Under the pieces are notes generated by a model, which was not told the DNA's origin, ran no database searches, and worked only from the letters and a program-made list of their open reading frames with translations. From Candidatus Heimdallarchaeota archaeon (lineage in GTDB: Archaea > Asgardarchaeota > Heimdallarchaeia > Heimdallarchaeales > Kariarchaeaceae): a DNA stretch of 60,174 bases. Below are positions 38,786-47,981 of this stretch, piece by piece; the stretch's first letter is position 1, and the number at the start of each line of letters is the position of its first letter. The stretch spans positions 1 through 60,174 of the forward strand of contig WAKA01000203.1 of the NCBI GenBank assembly GCA_015523565.1. The letters are read 5' to 3'. A program made the position numbers and the translations under genes.

Positions 38786-39868
38786 TTGCCTGTTACTGTA
38801 TTGATCGCAGATGATTCACCTTTTATGTTGAAACTGCTTGAAAATACAATCAAAACCGACCCCAATTTGAAAATCATAGGCATTGCCAAACGAGGGGTTG
38901 AATGTATTACTCAAGTAATAACAAAGAGACCAAGGGTTGTAATACTTGATATCATGCTTCCTGATGAAAGTGGTCTCAATATTGTCTATCAGATTATGCG
39001 TGCAAGACCCACCGCTGTTTTGCTGTTTTCTTCCTTGACTGCTGAAAAAGTCAAACAGGACTCTCTTGTCTTCAATTATGGGATTGTCGATTTTATCAGC
39101 AAGCCCCCTGCGGATGTCGATGACCCTGTATTGTATTTGAGAAAAGTCCTCCTGCCAAAAGTGCATACTCTTGCCAAACTGACTGTCTCTAAATTTCGTA
39201 CCATGATCTCAACCACAAATGATGAATTTCTCGGAAGAATGCCGATACATACTGCAAAGGCAGTCAGTATCACCAAACCCAGTGAAAGTAGACTTTCCCT
39301 TTCAAAGAAGGCAATAATTATCGGAGCAAGTACAGGCGGTCCTGGTGCACTGTCTGAATTATTTCCAATGCTTCCAGATAATCTTCCCCCCATTATTGTT
39401 GTCCAGCACATGCCTGCCGGGTTCATTGAATCATTTGCCAGCAGGCTTGACAGATGTTCCAAAATCAAGGTTGAAGCTGCGTCCAATTTGAAAGAGATCA
39501 AACCTGGTCACGCATACATTGCTCAAGGAGGAAAGCATCTGGTTTTAGAAAAATCAGAGAATGGAAAAATTATCTGTAAATTGGAAGAAACTGAAATGGT
39601 CAATTTTGTCCGCCCGTCTGTTGATGTGACTTTGATCTCTGCGGTTCCGATATTCAAGGACAAATTGATTGTGGTCATCATGACAGGAATGGGGAAAGAC
39701 GGTCTACAAGGCGCCAAACTTGCAAAGAAATATGGTGCAAAAGTCATTGCACAAAGTGAAGCAGATTCTGTCATTTTTGGAATGAACAAAGCTGTCATTG
39801 ATGCTGGTATCGTTGATAAGGTGGCACCCATAAAGGACTTGGCTAAGGTAATTGTTGAATTATCCTAA
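38786..39868 (+). CDS. cheB: Chemotaxis methylesterase CheB (receiver plus esterase)
   Basis: ADDS, LDIMLP and KP receiver motifs; GASTGGP, VQHMP, RPSVD and MTGMGKDG catalytic motifs. Confidence 0.97.
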   Translation: MPVTVLIADDSPFMLKLLENTIKTDPNLKIIGIAKRGVECITQVITKRPRVVILDIMLPDESGLNIVYQIMRARPTAVLLFSSLTAEKVKQDSLVFNYGIVDFISKPPADVDDPVLYLRKVLLPKVHTLAKLTVSKFRTMISTTNDEFLGRMPIHTAKAVSITKPSESRLSLSKKAIIIGASTGGPGALSELFPMLPDNLPPIIVVQHMPAGFIESFASRLDRCSKIKVEAASNLKEIKPGHAYIAQGGKHLVLEKSENGKIICKLEETEMVNFVRPSVDVTLISAVPIFKDKLIVVIMTGMGKDGLQGAKLAKKYGAKVIAQSEADSVIFGMNKAVIDAGIVDKVAPIKDLAKVIVELS

Positions 39869-40227
39869 GAAGAAACAGTCTTTTCAATGGCTTTGACGAT
39901 TTCCTCATTTCTGAAAGGTTTAATGATGAATTCCCTTGCACCCGACTTAATGGCATCCAAAACAAATGCCTCTTGACCTAAAGCGGTAACCATGACAATT
40001 CTAGCATTTGGATCAAACGACATAATCTGTTTGACGGCTTCAATACCGTTTTGCTTAGGCATAACTATATCAAGTGTCATACAATCTGGTCTCTCTTTTG
40101 CCCAAATCTCAACTGCGTCAAGTCCTGTTTCACCTTCCGCAACTATTTCATGACCTGCCTCTGTTAAAATCCTTCTCAATACTAATCTCATGAATTTTGC
40201 ATCATCTACAATTGCTATTCTAGCCAT
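39865..40227 (-). CDS. cheY: CheY response regulator (copy 1)
   Basis: VDDAKFMR, LDIVMP, VTALGQ, FIIKPF; single receiver domain. Confidence 0.93.
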   Translation of the reverse strand: MARIAIVDDAKFMRLVLRRILTEAGHEIVAEGETGLDAVEIWAKERPDCMTLDIVMPKQNGIEAVKQIMSFDPNARIVMVTALGQEAFVLDAIKSGAREFIIKPFRNEEIVKAIEKTVSS

Positions 40228-40357
40228 GGTGGTCCCTCAACACAGGAGTTAATCATATTAAGAACATATTTGATACTATTTAATTGTTTTTTAGTGGAAA
40301 TCATTATGGTGAGTGAATTTTCATGAAAGAATGAAAAAAGACGTCGCATTTTACTCT

Positions 40358-40729
40358 TCATGGGGAATCAAGCACATTGTTGATCACTTGTGCCAATTGA
40401 CTCAGTCTAAATGGTTTAGTGACAAAATCCTTTGCTCCTGCACGCAACGCAGGCTGGACAATGTGGGGGCTGGATATTGAAGTGACCATCACAACCTTTG
40501 CATCTGGATTGAGTGTTAAAATCCTCTTAAGAACCTGCAACCCATCCATTTTGGGCATGACAACATCAAGTGTCACAAGGTCAATCTCATGCATATGTTC
40601 TGCATAGATGTTCACTGCATCAACTCCATTGACTGCCCTGTATACTACATCATGCCCCATCTTGCGCAAGAGTTTCTCTATGACCATTAACATGAACCTT
40701 GCGTCATCTACTATCATTATCCTAGCCAA
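40358..40729 (-). CDS. cheY: CheY response regulator (copy 2)
   Basis: VDDARFM, LDVVMP, VTS, FVTKPF; tandem paralogue of copy 1. Confidence 0.9.
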   Translation of the reverse strand: MARIMIVDDARFMLMVIEKLLRKMGHDVVYRAVNGVDAVNIYAEHMHEIDLVTLDVVMPKMDGLQVLKRILTLNPDAKVVMVTSISSPHIVQPALRAGAKDFVTKPFRLSQLAQVINNVLDSP

Positions 40730-40751
40730 TTAATGTGTCACCAACAACTTG

Positions 40752-41711
40752 TTAACCATTCATATGTTCTTGAATTTTCCGAACAAGTTCATTCTTATTG
40801 CTTCTACTACTGACATTTTCTATTCCCATTTCAATTGCTATACGTAGAAGCTCGCTTTTTGTCAAACTGCTCAGATCTAATGGACTTTCTCCAAACTGGT
40901 CGTCCATTGCAGGTTCTGGACTTTTTTGTTTTGGTTTTACTGGGCTTGGTTTGGTACCCTTAACCGTGGTGTCCTTCTTGGATTTTGTTTTTGCCGTTTC
41001 TTTTTTAGTCGCGGGTTTTTCTTTTTTTACTACCTGCACTCCTTTGTCATCCACTATGACATCCTCATCATCGGCAAGGTCATCCAATGAAAAATCAGAA
41101 CCAAATTTATCCTGTGAGGAAATTTTTTCGATCTGTTCATTGGTCACAGTAATTTCATCTGTCGCCCCACTTTCTATTTCCTTGGAGAAGACTTGCTCAC
41201 GCACCGCCGCAAGTTTTTCGAGTTCTGACACCTCATATTCTGACAATATGACTTGCAATGTCAAAATGATCACAATTCCAAGTTCGGTCTGAACCACTCC
41301 TTCTATGAATGGTGTTGCAGTCTCCTTTGAAATCAACGCCAATGACTCTTGGATATCACTTTCATCTACGGTTATCACTGCTTCAACATAATCTACAAGA
41401 AGACCAACCAATGATTTGCCGACATTTACCATCAGCACATAATTTCTTTCATCATCATCATAGTTTCTCTTCGGCTTCCTGCTTTCCTCTATCAGTAACC
41501 TCCTTTTCAAGTCAATGGTGGATATGATTTGACCTCGAAAGTTGATGACGCCTGCAATATAATCTGGTGCTTGGGGTATCGGTGTGATAGTTTCAGGAAC
41601 AAAGACCTCTTGGACATTATGCACATCAAATGCAAAATATTCATCATTTAACAGGAATGTGACCAATTTTTTCTGCTTAACTGTCTGTGCAGTGCTCATA
41701 GATAACCTCAT
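40752..41711 (-). CDS. cheW: CheW with long acidic/basic linker and C-terminal Rho_N/HeH-like domain
   Basis: VTFLL..EYFA..V..VQEV, ITPIPQAPDYIAGVINFRGQI, GLLVD.V; tail LSSLTKSELLRIAIEMGI..VSS..KNELV..I. Confidence 0.92.
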   Translation of the reverse strand: MRLSMSTAQTVKQKKLVTFLLNDEYFAFDVHNVQEVFVPETITPIPQAPDYIAGVINFRGQIISTIDLKRRLLIEESRKPKRNYDDDERNYVLMVNVGKSLVGLLVDYVEAVITVDESDIQESLALISKETATPFIEGVVQTELGIVIILTLQVILSEYEVSELEKLAAVREQVFSKEIESGATDEITVTNEQIEKISSQDKFGSDFSLDDLADDEDVIVDDKGVQVVKKEKPATKKETAKTKSKKDTTVKGTKPSPVKPKQKSPEPAMDDQFGESPLDLSSLTKSELLRIAIEMGIENVSSRSNKNELVRKIQEHMNG

Positions 41712-41809
41712 TCCTCCTTTGAAATTATAATAAAAAAGTCATTCCCATTCAGGTTGGAAGAAGCATAGAAACTTCTTTGTGAATATATCACCTGTCTACT
41801 CTTGTTCTT

Positions 41810-42283
41810 TCAATCCACAGAAATTTTAATCAGTAGTTCATTAGCATTGACTTGACTGTTTTCCTTGCAATGAATGGATTCAACTTTTCCCTCTACTGGT
41901 GCAACTATCTCATTTTCCATTTTCATGGCTGAAAGAAGTAACAGGTGATCTCCTTTTTTCACTTTTTGGGATGGTTTTACAAGGATTTTTGTGACGACTC
42001 CTGCCATTGGGGCTGTCACATCACCAGTCATTTCCATTTCATCAACGTCTGAAAGGGCATCCATGACTTTCACATCAAATGAATACCCTTGAATATGGAC
42101 CCTGAAATCTTTTTCAGAAAGTTTTATGACATCCTCAACAAAATATCTTTCATTGTCCAAAACAATCCATAGACCTTCCTCATCTTCTTCAAATTTAAAA
42201 TTCTGGTTCTCGATCCTTGCATCGTCTTTTTCAACATCGACTTCCACTTCAATGCCATTAATCTCTGTCTTTATCTTTTTCAT
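41810..42283 (-). CDS. accB: Biotin carboxyl carrier protein
   Basis: APMAG and SAMKMENE biotinylation motif. Confidence 0.92.
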   Translation of the reverse strand: MKKIKTEINGIEVEVDVEKDDARIENQNFKFEEDEEGLWIVLDNERYFVEDVIKLSEKDFRVHIQGYSFDVKVMDALSDVDEMEMTGDVTAPMAGVVTKILVKPSQKVKKGDHLLLLSAMKMENEIVAPVEGKVESIHCKENSQVNANELLIKISVD

Positions 42284-42284
42284 T

Positions 42285-43778
42285 TTACCACCTCATATAG
42301 CCCCAATAGGATTTCTTCCAAAACATGTTTTCATCAACAGTCTTGCCGTTTGTCGATGGCATCGCTGTTTGTGTCGCTTGCTTGTATGCTGCAACTGCTC
42401 TGGCAATTAACTCAAGCGATCTGTCCGGTTTGAATTTTTCCATGTGGTTTTCCAAAAATTTGGTGTCATATTTTAGTGTGCGAAATTCCTCACTGTCAAT
42501 TATTTGTTTCAAGTATGGAACTGTTGTATGTATCCCTGTCAGCTTATATGATGCCAAAGCAATGGAAAGTTTGGTTCTTGCCATTTCTCGGGATCGACCA
42601 TAACTGATCAATTTTCCAATCATGGAATCATAAAAATTCGGAATGTCTGAATTGGGTTCCGCATGACTGTCAACTCTGAGCCCAACTCCACGTGGATGGA
42701 TTATCTTCGATATTTTTCCTGGACTTGGTCTAAAACCATTGTACGGGTCTTCTGCATAAATTCTTGCCTCAATTGCATGACCTTTGAATTTGATATCCTT
42801 TTGTTCAATTTCCAGTTCTTCTCCACTTGCAACCTGTAGTTGTCTGTAAATGAGATCCTCAGAGGTGATGAATTCCGTGACTGGATGTTCAACTTGTATT
42901 CGAGTATTCACCTCCATGAAATAATGATTTCCGTCCTTATCCAACAAGAATTCTGCTGTGCCTGCATTCTGGTAACGTACTGTCTCCCCCAAAGAGACTG
43001 CGGATTCATGGATTTCTTTGGCTTTCTCTCTTGAAATGGAAGGGGCTGGCGCTTCCTCAATCAATTTTTGGTTCTTTCTTTGCATGCTGCAATCTCTTTC
43101 ACCAAAGTGAAGCACCCCCTTTTCAGTTCCTAACAACTGAACTTCAATATGCTTTGCTGAAACAAGGTATTTCTCAACAAATATTTCTGGATTGCCGAAA
43201 GCGCTTTTTGCTTCTTGCATAGCCAATGTTGCCATGTCCATGAAATCCTCTTCTCTATTCACAAGTCTTATTCCCCTTCCGCCCCCTCCTGCTGATGCTT
43301 TGATAAGAACTGGAAACCCGATGTTCTTTGCTATTTCGAAAAGCTCATCAACTTCTCTTGGCTCAAGGCTCCCTGGCAATAATGGAACTCCCGCCTTTTT
43401 TGCAGCTTCCCTTGCAGATACTTTTTCACCAAGAACCTGCATGTTTTCACTTGTTGGACCAATAAAATCAATCCCCACTTTGTCTACTGCCTTTCTGAAT
43501 TCAATGTTTTCTGAAAGGAAACCATATCCCGGATGGATTGCCTCCACTCCCAATTCTTTTGCTATTGGAAGAAAGTGGTTATAGTTGAGATATGATTCAT
43601 TGGGCAAATTACCAGGGAGTTCAATAACTTTGTCTGCCAATTTTACGGGCAGTGTCCTTCGGTCAACAGGACTGGAAAGAATGACACTTTCTATTCCAAG
43701 GGATTTCAACGTCAACATAATTCTTAAGGCAATTTCTCCCCTGTTCGCAACAAGAACCGAATTATACACAATCAACAA
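42285..43778 (-). CDS. accC: Biotin carboxylase subunit
   Basis: ANRGEIA, HPGYGFLSEN, KASAGGGGRG, ERDCS.QR, EVNTRIQVEH, YDSMIGKL. Confidence 0.96.
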   Translation of the reverse strand: MLIVYNSVLVANRGEIALRIMLTLKSLGIESVILSSPVDRRTLPVKLADKVIELPGNLPNESYLNYNHFLPIAKELGVEAIHPGYGFLSENIEFRKAVDKVGIDFIGPTSENMQVLGEKVSAREAAKKAGVPLLPGSLEPREVDELFEIAKNIGFPVLIKASAGGGGRGIRLVNREEDFMDMATLAMQEAKSAFGNPEIFVEKYLVSAKHIEVQLLGTEKGVLHFGERDCSMQRKNQKLIEEAPAPSISREKAKEIHESAVSLGETVRYQNAGTAEFLLDKDGNHYFMEVNTRIQVEHPVTEFITSEDLIYRQLQVASGEELEIEQKDIKFKGHAIEARIYAEDPYNGFRPSPGKISKIIHPRGVGLRVDSHAEPNSDIPNFYDSMIGKLISYGRSREMARTKLSIALASYKLTGIHTTVPYLKQIIDSEEFRTLKYDTKFLENHMEKFKPDRSLELIARAVAAYKQATQTAMPSTNGKTVDENMFWKKSYWGYMRW

Positions 43779-43805
43779 TTCACATGGAATTCAAAAGCAT
43801 TATCT

Positions 43806-45182
43806 TTAAACCTTGTTTCTTTTTCTACGTACACGCCTGTGGCTTGATTTTGCCAGCCTTCGAGATTGGGCAAAAACCTTGTTCTTGTGCCTTTCACTTG
43901 CAGCAAGTCTCTTCCCTTGCCTTGAAAAAGGGTCATATTTCTGGTAGCTGTCGTTGAACCATCCTTTGTTGATGGACTTGCTTTTCTTTCTTTGTTCTAT
44001 CTGTTTGATTCGCTTCTCTTCCAATTGAATTTCCCTTTTTGTCTTTCTCAACATTTCTGGTAATTTTTGTATCACCTGTATCTTGCTATGTGTTGCCTTT
44101 TCTATTTTTCTGACAAGATGCAATTCTTCAGGTGAAACAAGATTGATTGCAATTCCTGTTGTACCTGCACGGGCTGTTCTTCCAACTCTATGCACGTATT
44201 CATCAACGTTCCTTGGAATGTCAAAATTAATCACATGGCTTAATTCAGGAATGTCTATCCCTCTGGATCCCACTTCTGTTGTCACTAAAACATTGACCTC
44301 CCCAAGCCTCAAGTTTTCCAAGGCTGTCAGTCTTTGCTTTTTGGTTAAGCCTCCATGTAGTTCTTCAACATCCAAGCCTTCTTTCAATAACATTTTCGTC
44401 AAGGCCCTTGCACCATCCTTGGAATGAATGAATATCATTGCCGCGGTGATTTCATCTTTCTTTTTCCTTAGGAAGTCTATGAGGAATGTTTTCTTTTCCT
44501 CTTTTAGCATTTCATATGAATATTGCCTGAGACCTTTTGGCAAGCCTAACCTCCTGACCTCTACCAATGTTGGTCTTCCTATAATGTAATTGGCAATCTT
44601 CTCAACCTCTGCTGGAAGTGTAGCGCTGAACATGTGTATCTTTGGATGTTCCTCTTCCTTGACGCTTTTTATTATGTCCAAGATATTGTCCATAAATCCT
44701 AAGTCAAGAAGCATGTCACACTCATCCAAGACTATCCATTTCAAGTATGAAATATTGATCTTACCTTCTGATTTTGCCTCCAATAATTTCCCAGGTGTTG
44801 CTATTATCAGATCAATCCTGCTTTCCTTCAATCGAGACGGACGAAATGGAAGGCGACCTGATATGTTTACTGTTGCCAAGTCTACAGGTTTGCCGAGAAC
44901 ACGTGCGACATTGTAAATCTGGTCAGCAAGTTCTGTAGTCGGTGCTAATACCAAGCCTAAAGGGAAGTCATGGTCTACAGGAGTGGAAATGATCCTGTCT
45001 ATCAACGGAAGTAAATAGGCAAGTGTTTTCCCTGTACCTGACGGTGCCAAGCCAATGACATTTTTGTCTGCCAATATCTTGGGAATGGCCTGTTTTTGAA
45101 TTTCTGTGGTTTTTGTGAAACCAAGCTCTTCAGTGACCACTTTTTTCAGGTATGGGTTTAGTTTAAGGTTTTGGAATTTCAT
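43806..45182 (-). CDS. DEAD-box RNA helicase (DECD variant) with basic tail
   Basis: Q motif, GTGKT, PT.EL, TPG, DECD, SAT, RGID, HRVGRTAR. Confidence 0.95.
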   Translation of the reverse strand: MKFQNLKLNPYLKKVVTEELGFTKTTEIQKQAIPKILADKNVIGLAPSGTGKTLAYLLPLIDRIISTPVDHDFPLGLVLAPTTELADQIYNVARVLGKPVDLATVNISGRLPFRPSRLKESRIDLIIATPGKLLEAKSEGKINISYLKWIVLDECDMLLDLGFMDNILDIIKSVKEEEHPKIHMFSATLPAEVEKIANYIIGRPTLVEVRRLGLPKGLRQYSYEMLKEEKKTFLIDFLRKKKDEITAAMIFIHSKDGARALTKMLLKEGLDVEELHGGLTKKQRLTALENLRLGEVNVLVTTEVGSRGIDIPELSHVINFDIPRNVDEYVHRVGRTARAGTTGIAINLVSPEELHLVRKIEKATHSKIQVIQKLPEMLRKTKREIQLEEKRIKQIEQRKKSKSINKGWFNDSYQKYDPFSRQGKRLAASERHKNKVFAQSRRLAKSSHRRVRRKRNKV

Positions 45183-45308
45183 CTTAACAATGGATTAATT
45201 TCAGACTATTTCACTATATAGGTATATTCAGTTTTCAAAAAATTCGTACAATTGTTAATCGTTATGTTTTCCACTAAACCTTATAAAAAGAACATTCAAA
45301 GAAGAATT

Positions 45309-46097
45309 ATGGAAATTTTTGAGTTCAAACCTAAAGAAACACGATATTCTACTCCATTGTTGTTTGTTCACGGCATGTGGCATGCCGCATGGTGTTGGGA
45401 AGGGTTCATCACTCACTTCACCAAGGCAGGATTCACCTGCTATTCGTTCAATCTTAGAAAACATGGGCATCAAAGAAATCCAAAAGGGATAAGATGGGTC
45501 AAAATTTCTGACTATGTTAGAGACCTTGAAAATGTAGTTGACCAATTGGGAACCACCCCTGTCATTATTGGTCATTCCATGGGCGGATTCATTTTGCAAA
45601 AGTATCTTGAAAAATCCGAACCCGCGGCTTCAATATTTCTTGCCAGTATCCCTCACACAGGGACTTTCAAGGCAACATTGAGATTTATGGGCAAATATCC
45701 ATTTGCATTCTTGCGCATGATTTTAACATTCAACATGATTGCAATGATCACTTCTGAAGATCGGTATTCAAGAATGTTTTTGACGGAAGGAACAGATTTA
45801 TCCAAAAATTTTGAAAAGGTACAAAACGAGGCATTTCGGGCTTATCTAGACACGTTTTTGTTTAATCTTCCTAAAACCAAGAAAATAAGGAAAACTATTA
45901 CCAATTTTGACAATGTTCTTTTTCTCGCGGCAGAAAAAGACGCATTTTTCACCCCAAAATCACTTCAAAACACTGCAAAGAAATACAATGCTCATTTTCA
46001 CTTATTTAAAGATCTTGCACACAATATGATGACTGGACCAGGTAGTGAGAAAGTTGCTGAGTTTTGCATCGATTTTCTGTCCTCCAGAATTGAATAG
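45309..46097 (+). CDS. Alpha/beta hydrolase
   Basis: FVHGMWH, GHSMGG, AEKD and AHNM motifs. Confidence 0.9.
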   Translation: MEIFEFKPKETRYSTPLLFVHGMWHAAWCWEGFITHFTKAGFTCYSFNLRKHGHQRNPKGIRWVKISDYVRDLENVVDQLGTTPVIIGHSMGGFILQKYLEKSEPAASIFLASIPHTGTFKATLRFMGKYPFAFLRMILTFNMIAMITSEDRYSRMFLTEGTDLSKNFEKVQNEAFRAYLDTFLFNLPKTKKIRKTITNFDNVLFLAAEKDAFFTPKSLQNTAKKYNAHFHLFKDLAHNMMTGPGSEKVAEFCIDFLSSRIE

Positions 46098-46167
46098 AAA
46101 TTAAATTCGTAAAATGGTCAATTACACTTGAAATAAGTATTTAAGATCTATTTCTTGATTTTTTTTT

Positions 46168-47106
46168 ATGATTGAAACCACTGAGCTCACAAAAATATAC
46201 ATTGACGCAGGTGGTCAGAAATATGTCGGGGTAGAGAACCTGAACCTTAGAATCGGAAAAGGGGAGATTGTGGGTCTGTTTGGTCCCAATGGGGCTGGGA
46301 AGACGACGACTCTAAATCTCCTGTCCACAATCCTTAAGCCAACAAAAGGTGATGCCATTGTAAATGGCTATGATATAATCAAGAACCCATTAAAGGTGAG
46401 GGAATGCATAGGAGTTGCAGGTGATACCCCTGGATTTTATGCAAGGCTTTCAGCAAGGGACAATCTCGAATTTTTTGGAAAACTTGCAGGGATTGACAAC
46501 CTTGAAAGCAAAATAATGGAATTGACAAGTTATCTGAACATTGACAATGTATTGGACAGAAAAGTGGGGACATTCTCAAAAGGAATGACACAGAAACTGC
46601 TTTTGGCTAGGGCTTTGTTGAATGATCCCGCACTCCTTATGCTTGACGAACCATGGTCTGGATTGTCTCCACTTGCACAGGTGGAACTTAGGGATTTACT
46701 TACTGAAATCACCAAAGAAAGAAACAGAACTGTAATAATCTCTACACATAACCTTGTGCAGGCTGAAAGGATTGTTGACAGATTGCTCATAATCAATCAC
46801 GGAAGAATCATCAAGGATTCAACTCCTGAATTGCTAAGACGGGAATTCATGCTAAATCCCCTTCTTTTGGTCAAAATAGATCCAAGGGATTTAAGAATTG
46901 CAAAAAGAATTATTGACGGGACAAATCATTCAATCAATAGTATTTCAGAACAAGACGGAACAATTGAGATTTCCATCAAGGATTTTGAACAGACTCCAGA
47001 CCTTGTAAAGGGTCTTGCAATTGAACAGGTAAGAATTCATGAGGTAAGGGAACTGATCCCTTCACTTGAAGAAATCTACATTAAATTGGTTGGAGGCAAT
47101 AATTAA
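46168..47106 (+). CDS. ABC-2 exporter ATP-binding subunit
   Basis: GPNGAGKT, FSKGM, LDEP, STHN, C-terminal SLEEIY. Confidence 0.93.
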   Translation: MIETTELTKIYIDAGGQKYVGVENLNLRIGKGEIVGLFGPNGAGKTTTLNLLSTILKPTKGDAIVNGYDIIKNPLKVRECIGVAGDTPGFYARLSARDNLEFFGKLAGIDNLESKIMELTSYLNIDNVLDRKVGTFSKGMTQKLLLARALLNDPALLMLDEPWSGLSPLAQVELRDLLTEITKERNRTVIISTHNLVQAERIVDRLLIINHGRIIKDSTPELLRREFMLNPLLLVKIDPRDLRIAKRIIDGTNHSINSISEQDGTIEISIKDFEQTPDLVKGLAIEQVRIHEVRELIPSLEEIYIKLVGGNN

Positions 47107-47907
47107 ATGATTAGAACAAGTAAGGCGCTGACTATTTTCTGGAAAGACATGAAGGATTTAATGCAATCGAAATATGTTCTCCTTTCATTTCTTGTAATGC
47201 CTTTCATCTTTGGCGTTTTCATTCCCGTAATCTCAATCTTTCCATTTTTGGGATTTGGTGATACCCAATCAAGTTCCACTGGATTTGACTTTCTTCCCCC
47301 ACTGACAAATGACTGGAATCAACTGACTGAAAACCAGAAAGGACTGATTTTTACCATAGAAACCATGAATTTCATGCTTTTGCTCCTTTCCATCGTATTG
47401 CCAACTGTCATTGCTGCCGACAGTTTTGTCGGTGAAAAAGACAGGAGAACAATTGTCACTCTCCTTCTATTGCCAATTACTGATACCGAGATTTATCTTG
47501 GAAAGGTCTTGAGCACTATTGTGCCAACAATTATTGCAATTTTCATTGGCTCATTGACTTATTTCTCATTGGTCAGTTATGTAACAGTAAAGGTACTTGG
47601 ATATTTTTATCTGCTTAATTACAAGTTCTTTCTTTTAGTTATCTTTGTAAGCCCATTGCTTACAATAGCCACTACCAACCTTATGATTTGGGTATCGACA
47701 AGAACCTCAACCACTCGTGACGCCCAACAGCTTGGATCAACCCTATCTCTTACTCTTACTCCTCTAATCCTTATCGCAATGCTCTCATTGATTTATAGCC
47801 CCGCTTATTTTGCAGTGGTCATTATTTTCCTTGGAATTCTTGACTATCTTCTTATCAAGCTCGGTCTTGGTCTGATGGATAGGGAAAAGCTTTACACGAG
47901 TCTTTAG
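47107..47907 (+). CDS. ABC-2 exporter permease
   Basis: AADSFVGEKDRRT and LGK motifs; about 6 TM. Confidence 0.9.
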   Translation: MIRTSKALTIFWKDMKDLMQSKYVLLSFLVMPFIFGVFIPVISIFPFLGFGDTQSSSTGFDFLPPLTNDWNQLTENQKGLIFTIETMNFMLLLLSIVLPTVIAADSFVGEKDRRTIVTLLLLPITDTEIYLGKVLSTIVPTIIAIFIGSLTYFSLVSYVTVKVLGYFYLLNYKFFLLVIFVSPLLTIATTNLMIWVSTRTSTTRDAQQLGSTLSLTLTPLILIAMLSLIYSPAYFAVVIIFLGILDYLLIKLGLGLMDREKLYTSL

Positions 47908-47981
47908 ATATAGTTTACAACTATCCCTGTTTTACGCGGTAATTTTTAGTAAGGCTGTTTCCACAATAGAAATGGATCAAC

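Noticed and set aside
41810-43778. accBC as evidence for autotrophic 3HP/4HB carbon fixation
   Set aside because: No carboxyltransferase or other pathway gene is in the window, so the substrate cannot be assigned.
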